In this document: in pieces, positions 1 through 8,949 of the stretch
Numbering within the stretch: position 1 is the first letter of the stretch
Layout of the letters: the number at the start of each line of letters is the position of its first letter
From: an uncultured Clostridium sp.
GTDB taxonomy: Bacteria; Bacillota; Clostridia; Clostridiales; Clostridiaceae
Strand: one strand, 5' to 3'
Assembly: GCF_934755305.1 (NCBI RefSeq)
Contig: NZ_CAKVLD010000007.1
DNA length: 64,000 nt
Notes under the pieces: model-generated
The model's database searches: none
Seen by the model: the letters and a program-made list of their open reading frames with translations, nothing else
Told to the model about the DNA's origin: nothing
Made by a program: the position numbers and the translations under genes

Positions 1-277
1 CCTCACTGAATATCAATACTTCCCCTTTGGACTCCTTAATTCCTATATTTCTACAATGAGCAATTTCCATATTCATCCTTTTATCTTTTAGTTTCTTTAT
101 ATATTTAATATCTAAATCTGAACATTCATTTTTTATATATAATTCTCTTTTCAAATTATAATTACCATCTATAATTATAACTTCGAAATTCTTATAATCT
201 TGATACTTTAATGATTCAATGCAATTAATAAATTGATTATTATCTCTATTTGCATATATAATTAAACTTACAAACAC
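1..277 (-). CDS. GT2-like glycosyltransferase, 5' part only (runs off window edge); not in ORF track
   Basis: AAGGAG RBS, then GTG at 277; hand translation MFVSLIIYANRDNNQFINCIESLKYQDYKNFEVIIIDGNY...AHCRNIGIKESKGEVLIFSE, open to position 1; aligns by eye with the N-terminus of 335..1699. Confidence 0.8.
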   Translation of the reverse strand, partial: MFVSLIIYANRDNNQFINCIESLKYQDYKNFEVIIIDGNYNLKRELYIKNECSDLDIKYIKKLKDKRMNMEIAHCRNIGIKESKGEVLIFSE

Positions 278-334
278 GTCTATACTCCTTCTTAAAATTA
301 ATAATTAAAATACTTTTTCAATAAATTTTCCTAT

Positions 335-1699
335 TTATAATTCCCTAAAAATTATTTTTACATATTCATCCCCAATAACAGCATTCGTATTAATAAATTT
401 AATAAATTTGGCTAAAGATTTTTTGTAAACATACTTTTCATACTTATCTTTTAATTCTTCAAACTCATACATATTACTTTGATTAAGAAAATTAATAAAG
501 TTTTTTTCAATATCATTAAATTCTTCACTATGATTTCTTAGCTTTTTAAAATTAATTCCATCTTCTAAATTTTGAATAAATTCTTTTCCCCAATTTACAT
601 TAAATAACCTTAAGTCGTATTTAGTATCTAGATTTTGAATTTGCTTTTCTACTTGGATATCTGATATACTATTTATAATGATAACTTCAAATACATTTTC
701 TTCAGTATATTGCTCATCCAATTTTTTTATTATATTAATAGTATCATCTAAATCACTTTTAGTAATATGAATAGCAAATGTAACTTTAGGTAATAAGTAT
801 TCTGCATCTTTCTCTTTTTTTAAGAACTTATACATCTTTTTCTTATAATTATGTGTAATATTTTTCCCTTTAGAGATTAATTCTAATTCACTTCTTTGTA
901 TGTCAACTACCTTTTTTAATAAAGAATCTTTTGGATTTTTATAAATCAAATGTTTATAACCTTCCTTTATACTATCAACCTTTTCATTTTTTTCTTCTGT
1001 CTTATGATATTGATGTAATCCATAAGAACTAGCTGAAAAAAACATTTTCACTCCGTTTTTATATAAAGAATAGCCAAAATCTATGTCTTCAATTGACCAT
1101 CTTTGATGCCATTCATCAAAATCTCCATACTTTTCAATACAAAATTTAGTAGTTGAAATATTACCACTATGACAAATCATCCATGGTATTGGATGATTAC
1201 TTAAATTCTCATTGGCATATAATAAATCAGATTCTAAAGGATCTATATAATCAAATAATCTTTCTTTTTCTGATTCTAAATTTTCTAAATTAATTTGATG
1301 ATTCTTATTATCTTTTAAATATATTACACTACCAATTACACATTTCCTGTCCCTTTCATCATCATAATATAAGACATGATTTTTTATAAAATCTTTTCCT
1401 ACTACAATATCACTATCAATAAAAACTAAAATTTCTCCGTCTGCTTCTTTGATTCCTATATTTCTTAATTTTGCAGCTTCGAAATTATTTATTTTTTCTA
1501 CATTTTTATATTTAATATTCAAATTATTAGACTTATTTAATACCCATTCTCTAGTTCCATCAGTAGAACCATTATCTACAACAATAATTTGCGTTAGCTC
1601 CTTTGGATAACTTTGGTTTTCTAATGAAGATATACAATTTTTCAAGTAATTAAGCCTATTTAATGTTGGAATAACTATACTTACACTAAACTTATTCAT
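335..1699 (-). CDS. GT2 family glycosyltransferase with C-terminal degenerate GT2-like extension
   Basis: SIVIPTLN, IIVVDNGSTDGT, RNIGIKEADGEILVFIDSD (DxD), FDE..WSIEDIDFGYSL motifs; GGGAG RBS. Confidence 0.9.
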   Translation of the reverse strand: MNKFSVSIVIPTLNRLNYLKNCISSLENQSYPKELTQIIVVDNGSTDGTREWVLNKSNNLNIKYKNVEKINNFEAAKLRNIGIKEADGEILVFIDSDIVVGKDFIKNHVLYYDDERDRKCVIGSVIYLKDNKNHQINLENLESEKERLFDYIDPLESDLLYANENLSNHPIPWMICHSGNISTTKFCIEKYGDFDEWHQRWSIEDIDFGYSLYKNGVKMFFSASSYGLHQYHKTEEKNEKVDSIKEGYKHLIYKNPKDSLLKKVVDIQRSELELISKGKNITHNYKKKMYKFLKKEKDAEYLLPKVTFAIHITKSDLDDTINIIKKLDEQYTEENVFEVIIINSISDIQVEKQIQNLDTKYDLRLFNVNWGKEFIQNLEDGINFKKLRNHSEEFNDIEKNFINFLNQSNMYEFEELKDKYEKYVYKKSLAKFIKFINTNAVIGDEYVKIIFREL

Positions 1700-1832
1700 A
1701 TTTATCTCCCTAATTTTGCTTTATATAAAATTAATAAACTATTACTTTTTTTATTTAAGGGGTATTTTAACTTCATACTATTAGTTCTTAAATTGTTTTA
1801 ATAATATATAACTTATAATTATATGCTATATA

Positions 1833-2033
1833 TTAAAGCACGCATGATCCCCACATTGCTAAAGAAGACAATGCATTTCTTTCATCTATTTCTGATGAAA
1901 TCATATCAAATTTTGTATTCTTTAATACGTTATATTCTTCTTCACTTAAATTGTAGGTTTTATAATTTTTTAAAACCTCTTCTCTGAATTCATTGTTCAT
2001 AATACTTTTTACTATAATATCTTCAAATGCCAT
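1833..2033 (-). CDS. Putative RiPP precursor peptide (66 aa; NHLP-clan-like leader plus short core)
   Basis: AGGGAG RBS; leader with FREEVLKN and YNLSEEEY..L motifs and acidic EIDER junction; hydrophobic tail NALSSLAMWGSCVL; lies between modifying-enzyme genes. Confidence 0.65.
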   Translation of the reverse strand: MAFEDIIVKSIMNNEFREEVLKNYKTYNLSEEEYNVLKNTKFDMISSEIDERNALSSLAMWGSCVL

Positions 2034-2098
2034 AATTATCTCTCCCTTTATATTTTTTATAATAGTATAAATTCCGTCCTAAATACCCCCTAAAAATA

Positions 2099-3025
2099 CT
2101 ACATTGGCACTGTAGGTTCGTATATTATTCTATTAATTCTTTTATTTTCTACAACATCATCAATTACTTCATTTAAATAAAAAATTGTATTACCTTTTCT
2201 TATTAGATTTATTCTTCCAACTTCATCTGCTGGAAGTTGATCTGGGATAGCACTAATATTTTTATGCATTAATTGAGTAAGTTCCTTACATTCTCTTCTA
2301 CATGGAGTAGTAACTTTAAACTTATCTTTTACTTCATTATGTATACCAGCAAACTGACATATCTTACCATTAGTTACAAAACCAAAAGGTAAATAAACAG
2401 ATATATCAAAATCATTAATATCATCTAAGTACAAGCCCTGCTGTACATTATCAATTTCAATACGAGAAACTTGATTTTCTTTCAAAAACTTTTGATAAGA
2501 ATGTTCTGATGCAGAAGGACTTCTTAGCATTTTCAAACCCTCTCCATTAAACAATTTAATAAAATCTTTTTGTCCTACACGGGGATCTCTCTTCATCTTA
2601 TCCATAACTCTTCCAAATACAACTTTTATACTTTTTTTATTTTTCAATAAGTTAAGTACCCCCCAATCATTAACTACAACTTCATCAAAATATTCATCCT
2701 GTTCAAATTTATCTAGAATTTTCTTAATTTTATCTACTCCACTATTACTACAATACGATGTTAATAAAGTAAGCTTTAAATTCTTTTCCCTACACACAGC
2801 TAATATTTTTTCCATCTCGTCAATAGTTGGAATACGTCTTTCACAGAATTCATTTCCGAAATAAACTCTTGTCAATGGAATATCTTTTATTTTCTTTTGT
2901 ATAATTTCGAAAGCTTTATTTAACCATAAAGTTAAATGATTTTTAGCTTCATATTTATAATTATCGTACTCATCAATAAGATTTATTTTTTCTATATTTG
3001 ATATTAAGATTGCTAATTCCTTCAT
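2099..3025 (-). CDS. Peptidase U32 family protein, UbiV-like subunit
   Basis: RVYFGNEFCERR resembles UbiV VIYLGEAVCSKRR; VVVNDWG; C-terminal ICQF...PCRREC Cys pattern. Confidence 0.7.
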   Translation of the reverse strand: MKELAILISNIEKINLIDEYDNYKYEAKNHLTLWLNKAFEIIQKKIKDIPLTRVYFGNEFCERRIPTIDEMEKILAVCREKNLKLTLLTSYCSNSGVDKIKKILDKFEQDEYFDEVVVNDWGVLNLLKNKKSIKVVFGRVMDKMKRDPRVGQKDFIKLFNGEGLKMLRSPSASEHSYQKFLKENQVSRIEIDNVQQGLYLDDINDFDISVYLPFGFVTNGKICQFAGIHNEVKDKFKVTTPCRRECKELTQLMHKNISAIPDQLPADEVGRINLIRKGNTIFYLNEVIDDVVENKRINRIIYEPTVPM

Positions 3026-3041
3026 TTATCTTTTCCCCCAA

Positions 3042-4073
3042 CTAATCTAATTTCTTCGCTTCTGGATAATAGCATCTATATCCATCATCACACAACTCTG
3101 GATATGGCTGTACCTCTTTTTTCATATATGACATTATGTCTGTTCTGTTACTACCCCCTTCAGCCATCTTTATTGCTTTTTTCAAAATAGATATATTTTT
3201 AATTTTTTGACACTCATCAATGCCTCTTCCTGCTATCTTTATTGAACTTATATTTGTATTCTCCATAATATACGGAAGTGCACATACACCGCATCCATTA
3301 TTTCTCCAACCATTTTCATATCTATCAGTATTTATATAAGGAGTTGTATATCGTTGATAATCTGCTTCGTTTTTTCTAAACATTTGTTGACTTTCTTGCT
3401 CAACTTCTTCAAAGTTTTCATCATAATATCTAGTAATCCACTTTTCGCTACAAAAGCTTCCGCAGCTGTGTAGTATATTGCAGTTTCCATCATCATAAAC
3501 ACATTTTCCTTCCAAAAGAAAACACTCATATTCCATATCTGGAACTTCTTTTGTTATTCTTGCTATGTCTTTAAGATCAACGTGTCTAGGAAATACAATC
3601 CTATCTACTCCAACTTCCTTTAGAAATTTCACCCCTTCAACTGATGAAACTTGATTACAAGTGCTTAGCATCACTTTAATGTTAAACTTTTCTTTAATTT
3701 TTCTTATAAGTCCTATATCACTTACTATTAATCCATCAACTTTATATTCAACCAAACTTGCAATATAATTGATTATAAATTCATATGTATTTTGTGGATA
3801 TGATGGTGCATTTACAGTAACAAAGACTTTCATTCCTAATGAATGTGCATTTTTAACTATAGCTATCATATCTTCTTCAAGAGTAATATTTGCAAAACCT
3901 ATTTCTCTTCTATTTAAAGATAACTGCAAATCTTTGTTTGTCCAATTTTTAACTTTATTGTTATATGTTTTCTTCCAGTTTGAAGGAACATATCCACAAT
4001 ATATTTCATCGACTCCAAGAACAGAATATAATTTAACTTCGCTTACATTATCTATAGGTGCTAATATATTCAT
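3042..4073 (-). CDS. Peptidase U32 family protein, UbiU/TrhP/RlhA-like Fe-S hydroxylase subunit
   Basis: ILAP start, DEIYCG, DGLIVSDIG, RIVFPRH, ECFLLEGKCVYDDGNC (CX6C), SIKIAGR. Confidence 0.85.
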   Translation of the reverse strand: MNILAPIDNVSEVKLYSVLGVDEIYCGYVPSNWKKTYNNKVKNWTNKDLQLSLNRREIGFANITLEEDMIAIVKNAHSLGMKVFVTVNAPSYPQNTYEFIINYIASLVEYKVDGLIVSDIGLIRKIKEKFNIKVMLSTCNQVSSVEGVKFLKEVGVDRIVFPRHVDLKDIARITKEVPDMEYECFLLEGKCVYDDGNCNILHSCGSFCSEKWITRYYDENFEEVEQESQQMFRKNEADYQRYTTPYINTDRYENGWRNNGCGVCALPYIMENTNISSIKIAGRGIDECQKIKNISILKKAIKMAEGGSNRTDIMSYMKKEVQPYPELCDDGYRCYYPEAKKLD

Positions 4074-4663
4074 TTTATTTCCTCCATTTCATCTAATTGT
4101 ATATAAAATTCTTCTTCCCTTTCCAATGACAATTTATATAACCATTCTTTCCAATAATATTCATTCTCTGTAATCTTCTCTTGTTCCTGAAAATCTATTT
4201 TTTCTTTCTCATTAAAATACCAATTGTTACTATCAAAATCTATAGTACAAAATTCATATCCTCTATTTTTATCATTACAATTAACTGAATTACACTTTGA
4301 ATAAGGACAATTTCTCAAAGAAAAATATACGATATTATTGCCTTCTTTTAATTCTTTATATAAATCCATATCATAATCATCAATAATATACTTTGTTATA
4401 TTATTACTTTTTAATATATTCAATATTTCTCTATTTAAATTAATTCTTGTACAATCAAAAATAATGTTTCTACAATCTTTATCTAATACATCAACTAAAT
4501 TTTCAACTATTGTCTCCCCATCATATTTTCCATAACATATAGCCTCTTCGCTTGTACTAAGCTTTTTAGTATTATAAATTTTTGTAACCGGTAATTTTTG
4601 ATTTTTCAAATCTCTATGACAATTTATATTAAAAAAATCTTGCGAGTTTATAATTTTTTTCAT
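4070..4663 (-). CDS. Hypothetical Cys-rich protein, translationally coupled to the U32 gene
   Basis: GGAGG RBS before ATG 4663 (track start 4675); ATGA overlap at 4070-4073; CPYSKCNSVNC...FC cluster. Confidence 0.75.
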   Translation of the reverse strand: MKKIINSQDFFNINCHRDLKNQKLPVTKIYNTKKLSTSEEAICYGKYDGETIVENLVDVLDKDCRNIIFDCTRINLNREILNILKSNNITKYIIDDYDMDLYKELKEGNNIVYFSLRNCPYSKCNSVNCNDKNRGYEFCTIDFDSNNWYFNEKEKIDFQEQEKITENEYYWKEWLYKLSLEREEEFYIQLDEMEEIK

Positions 4664-5310
4664 TCCATCCTCCATAATATTCTAAATATGAAACATTCTT
4701 TTATTTTTTCCTTTTTGTTATATTTATTTATATTATAAACCTATTTTTCCAATAAATAAACTATTTTTTTTGAAATTAATATAATATACTCCATATATTA
4801 ACAACATAAGACATCTTTTATTGTAATAATAACTTTATTGTAAAGAATTCAAAAATTACTTGATATCCGTAAATCTTAATAATAGATACGTTCTTAAAAG
4901 CCTTGTTTCAAATAAACACCAATCTAAAACTATGAAAAATATTAACGTAAGAATATCCCATTAATCCTACACAAAATTAAGAAAAAGATATTCCAAAGAG
5001 AAGTTACTATTAAAAATATTTTTAAAAGTAAAAAACTCCATACATATTTCTATATTGTTTTCCTTAAAATCTTTATTCTTTTTATTTCTAAACTTAGATA
5101 TTTATAAAAAATAATTTATACCATATCAGTAAGCATTTAATCTTTATCTTTAGAAATTAAGATATCTTCATTTCCTTTTCACCAAATCCCTTCTTAAAAA
5201 TGAAGTCATTAAATGGGCTTACTCGCCTCTTGTACATTCCTCCTCTTTATTTTTATTTTTGGTTAAAGTATCAACCTTACCTCTTATAAAAAGAAGGTAA
5301 GGTGATACCT

Positions 5311-5412
5311 ATGAGTAACGATACATTAATGTTACTATTTCAGGTAGGATCATTTTTACTAGCACTTTTAACATTCATAGTGTTACTTATTAATAAAATG
5401 TCAAAAAAATAG
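5311..5412 (+). CDS. Putative type I (holin-like) membrane toxin, 33 aa; not in ORF track
   Basis: AAGGTG RBS; MSNDTLMLLFQVGSFLLALLTFIVLLINKMSKK has one hydrophobic helix and a basic tail; RBS lies in a hairpin (5268-5308). Confidence 0.7.
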   Translation: MSNDTLMLLFQVGSFLLALLTFIVLLINKMSKK

Positions 5413-5497
5413 TAGCCCCGACTCGCAATTGGATGCTACTACTTCTTACTATATAAAACTTATAGTGATACCAGTTGCCTAAGCAACTAACATTGTA
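5403..5497 (-). ncRNA. Putative antisense antitoxin RNA convergent with the small toxin ORF
   Basis: Extended -10 TGATATAAT (5504-5512, minus); hairpin AGTTGC-TTAG-GCAACT (5473-5488); GTAGC..GCTAC hairpin followed by TATTTTTTT overlapping the toxin stop; boundaries inferred. Confidence 0.5.
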
Positions 5498-5569
5498 TAC
5501 TATATTATATCAAATTTTTATAAAAAATAAACATATATAATTTTCAAATACTTATCATTTCTTACAAAC

Positions 5570-7240
5570 TTAAAAATCATCTTCAGTCATTATCTGATTA
5601 ATAGGAGCACCAGGTGCCACCATAGGGAATACCTTCTTATCTTCCTCTATTCTATAATCAATAAGAACTGGTCCGTCTGCCTTTAATGCTTTCTTTAAAA
5701 TATCTTCTAATTCACTTCTTGCAGTAACTCTATATCCTGTAGCCCCAAAAGCTTCTGCAAACTTAACAAGATCTGTCTTTCTATTTAAAGTAGTATTAGA
5801 ATATCTTCCATCAAAGAATAAAGTCTGCCATTGTCTAACCATACCTAAAACATTATTATTCATAACTACAACTACTAAAGGCAAATTATTAGATACAGCT
5901 GTAGCCATCTCCTGACAATTCATCATAAAGCTACCGTCACCAGCTATATTAATAACTTTACAATCAGGTTTACCAAATTGTGCTCCAATAGAAGCTCCAA
6001 ATCCAAATCCCATTGTTCCAAGTCCACCTGAAGTTATTAAAGTTCTAGGTTTCTTGAAATTATAATATTGAGCAGCCCACATTTGATGCTGACCTACTTC
6101 TGTTGAAATAATTAAATTACCTGGATCTAACTTATTAAGAGTATTAAAGAAAAATTCTGGTGTTAAATTATCACCATTATCCTCTTTATATGCCTTTAAT
6201 CCTTTCAAATAATTAACCTTTTCAAGCCAACCTTCATTTTTCTTTGGCGTAACTTTTGGATTAATTCTTTCAAGAACACTCTTTAAATCTCCAATAATAG
6301 ATAAATCCACCTTAACATTTTTATTAATTTCAGCTGGATCTACATCTATATGAATTATTTTTGCTTCCCTTAAATTTTCTTGATTAGAAATAACTCTATC
6401 AGAAAATCTTGCCCCAAGGGCTATAAATAAATCACATTTAGTTGCACTTATATTAGATGCTTTAGTTCCATGCATACCAATCATTCCTGTATATAAAGGA
6501 TGATCTGTTGGAATTACACCTCTTGCCATTAAAGAGTTACATATTGGTGCATTTATCCTTTCAGCTAAATCTAGCACTTCTTTTGAAGCATCTGATGCTA
6601 TAGCTCCACCACCTACATATATAAATGGTTTTTGAGCATCATTTATCATTTCAATTGCTTTTTGTACTTTTTCCTCTTTTATACTGAATTCTTTTCTTTC
6701 AACCTTCCATGGACTTCTCTTCTTGTATTCTGTTTTTTCAATTTGAATATTCTTTGGAATATCTATAAGAACTGGTCCTGGTCTACCCTCTTTAGCTATA
6801 TAGAAAGCTTCATTAATAACTTCTTGAAGTTTATTAATATCCTTTACTATATAATTATGTTTTGTTATAGGCATTGTAATTCCAGTTATATCTACCTCTT
6901 GAAAACTATCTTTTCCTAATAGATTCATAGGTACATTACCAGTAATAGCTACTAATGGAATTGAGTCCATGTAAGCAGTAGCTATTCCTGTAACTAAATT
7001 AGTTGCACCAGGTCCAGAAGTTGCAATACATACTCCTACCTTACCTGTTGCTCTAGCATATCCATCTGCTGCATGAGCTGCAGACTGTTCATGACATGTT
7101 AAAACGTGCTTTATCTTATCTTTATACTTATATAACGAATCATAAAGATTAATTACCTGCCCCCCGGGATAACCAAAGACTAGATCAACTCCTTCATCAA
7201 TAATAGATTGTATTACTATATCAGATCCTGTTAATAGCAT
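5570..7240 (-). CDS. ilvB: Acetolactate synthase large subunit
   Basis: FGYPGG, HEQ, TSGPGATN, GDGSFMMN ThDP motif. Confidence 0.95.
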   Translation of the reverse strand: MLLTGSDIVIQSIIDEGVDLVFGYPGGQVINLYDSLYKYKDKIKHVLTCHEQSAAHAADGYARATGKVGVCIATSGPGATNLVTGIATAYMDSIPLVAITGNVPMNLLGKDSFQEVDITGITMPITKHNYIVKDINKLQEVINEAFYIAKEGRPGPVLIDIPKNIQIEKTEYKKRSPWKVERKEFSIKEEKVQKAIEMINDAQKPFIYVGGGAIASDASKEVLDLAERINAPICNSLMARGVIPTDHPLYTGMIGMHGTKASNISATKCDLFIALGARFSDRVISNQENLREAKIIHIDVDPAEINKNVKVDLSIIGDLKSVLERINPKVTPKKNEGWLEKVNYLKGLKAYKEDNGDNLTPEFFFNTLNKLDPGNLIISTEVGQHQMWAAQYYNFKKPRTLITSGGLGTMGFGFGASIGAQFGKPDCKVINIAGDGSFMMNCQEMATAVSNNLPLVVVVMNNNVLGMVRQWQTLFFDGRYSNTTLNRKTDLVKFAEAFGATGYRVTARSELEDILKKALKADGPVLIDYRIEEDKKVFPMVAPGAPINQIMTEDDF

Positions 7241-7286
7241 CTAGTCCCCTCCTTATTATTTAAAAATTATTTTTTAAGTCGTTATA

Positions 7287-8945
7287 CTATTTAAATACTG
7301 CACCAGTACTAGCTGAACTTACAAGTTTTGAATATCTAGCTAGATATCCTTCCTTAACCTTTGGTTCAAATGGTTTTAAGTTCTTTCTTCTCTCTGCTAA
7401 TACATCCTCTGGTACTACAAGTTCTAACTTACCATTTTCTATATCAATTGAAATTGTATCTCCATCTTCTACTAAAGCTATAAGTCCTCCTTCAGCTGCT
7501 TCTGGTGATACATGACCTATAGAAGCTCCCTTAGTTGCTCCACTAAATCTACCATCAGTAATTAAAGCTACTTCTTTATCAAGTCCCATACCTGCAATTG
7601 CTGATGTTGGAGATAACATTTCTCTCATTCCTGGGCCACCTTTAGGTCCTTCATATCTTATTACAACAACATCTCCTGCTACTATCTTTTTACCCATAAT
7701 AGCTTCTATTGCTTCCTCTTCAGAATCAAATACCTTAGCTGGCCCTTCATGTTTTAACATTTCAGGTGCAACTGCTGACTTTTTAACAACTGCTCCATCT
7801 ACTGCTAAGTTTCCTCTAAGTATTGCTATACCTCCAGTTTGCATATAAGGCTTATCAATTGGTCTTACAATTTCATAATCTAAAACATGCTTTCCTTCAA
7901 TATTTTCTGCTTGTGTCTTTCCTGTTACAGTAATGCAATCAAGGTGAAGAAGATTCTTCTTAGAAAGTTCATTCATTACTGCTCCAATTCCACCTGCATG
8001 ATATAAATCAATAATGTGAGTTTGTGATGCAGGAGCTAAATGACAAAGATTTGGCACTCTACTAGATACTTCATTTATAATATCTAAATTAATTGGAAGC
8101 TTAGCTTCATTTGCTATAGCTGATAAATGTAATACTGTATTTGATGAACATCCAAGTGCCATTTCTACTGCTAAAGCATTTTCTATTGATTTTTTAGTTA
8201 CTATATCTCTAGGCTTTATGTCTTTTTCTAAAAGATTCATAACTGCCATACCTGCATGTTTTGCAAGTCTTATTCTTTCTGAGTATACTGCTGGTATTGT
8301 TCCATTTCCAGGAAGAGCCATACCAATAGCTTCTGCTAAACAATTCATTGAATTTGCTGTAAACATTCCTGAACAAGAACCACATGTTGGACATGCATTG
8401 TTTTCTAATTCCTTAAGATCAGCTTCAAGCATTGTTCCATTTTCAAAAGCACCTACTGCTTCAAAAACAGTTGTTAATGAAACATCAGTATCTTTGAATT
8501 TACCAGGAAGCATTGGTCCACCACTAACAACTACGGCTGGTATATTAAGTCTCATTGCTGCCATAAGCATACCTGGAACTATCTTATCACAGTTAGGAAT
8601 AAGAACTAAGGCATCAAGACCATGAGCCTTAACCATACATTCAATACTATCTGATATAAGTTCTCTAGTTACTAAAGAATATTTCATTCCTTCATGTCCC
8701 ATAGCTATACCATCACATACACCTATAGTTGGAAACACAAGTGGTGTTCCTCCAGACATTAAAACTCCTTTTTTAACACCCTCAACTATTTGATCTAAAT
8801 GAACATGACCTGGAATTATATCATTTTGAGATGTTACTACACCTATTAAAGGTCTTTCTATTTCTTCTTCAGTAAGACCTGCTGCTTTAAATAGTGATCT
8901 ATGAGGTGCTCTAGAAGCACCTTTTTTTACTGCATCACTCCTCAT
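7287..8945 (-). CDS. ilvD: Dihydroxy-acid dehydratase
   Basis: [33 protein letters not shown]. Confidence 0.97.
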   Translation of the reverse strand: MRSDAVKKGASRAPHRSLFKAAGLTEEEIERPLIGVVTSQNDIIPGHVHLDQIVEGVKKGVLMSGGTPLVFPTIGVCDGIAMGHEGMKYSLVTRELISDSIECMVKAHGLDALVLIPNCDKIVPGMLMAAMRLNIPAVVVSGGPMLPGKFKDTDVSLTTVFEAVGAFENGTMLEADLKELENNACPTCGSCSGMFTANSMNCLAEAIGMALPGNGTIPAVYSERIRLAKHAGMAVMNLLEKDIKPRDIVTKKSIENALAVEMALGCSSNTVLHLSAIANEAKLPINLDIINEVSSRVPNLCHLAPASQTHIIDLYHAGGIGAVMNELSKKNLLHLDCITVTGKTQAENIEGKHVLDYEIVRPIDKPYMQTGGIAILRGNLAVDGAVVKKSAVAPEMLKHEGPAKVFDSEEEAIEAIMGKKIVAGDVVVIRYEGPKGGPGMREMLSPTSAIAGMGLDKEVALITDGRFSGATKGASIGHVSPEAAEGGLIALVEDGDTISIDIENGKLELVVPEDVLAERRKNLKPFEPKVKEGYLARYSKLVSSASTGAVFK

Positions 8946-8949
8946 ATTT

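Noticed and set aside
1836..1850. C-terminal SCVL as a CaaX prenylation motif
   Set aside because: Cys is third from the end, not fourth, and no prenyltransferase gene is in view.
3042..4073. Literal reading as a collagenase/protease that would cleave the leader peptide
   Set aside because: The Cys motifs and the UbiV-like partner match the Fe-S hydroxylase members of the U32 family; no protease catalytic motif is evident.
4817..4843. Direct repeat TTTATTGTAA x2 (17-bp period) upstream of the cluster as an operator
   Set aside because: Short and in extremely AT-rich DNA; could be chance, and no regulator gene is nearby.
4676..5260. Hidden gene or pseudogene in the AT-rich spacer
   Set aside because: Only very short frames without convincing RBS or recognisable motifs were found.
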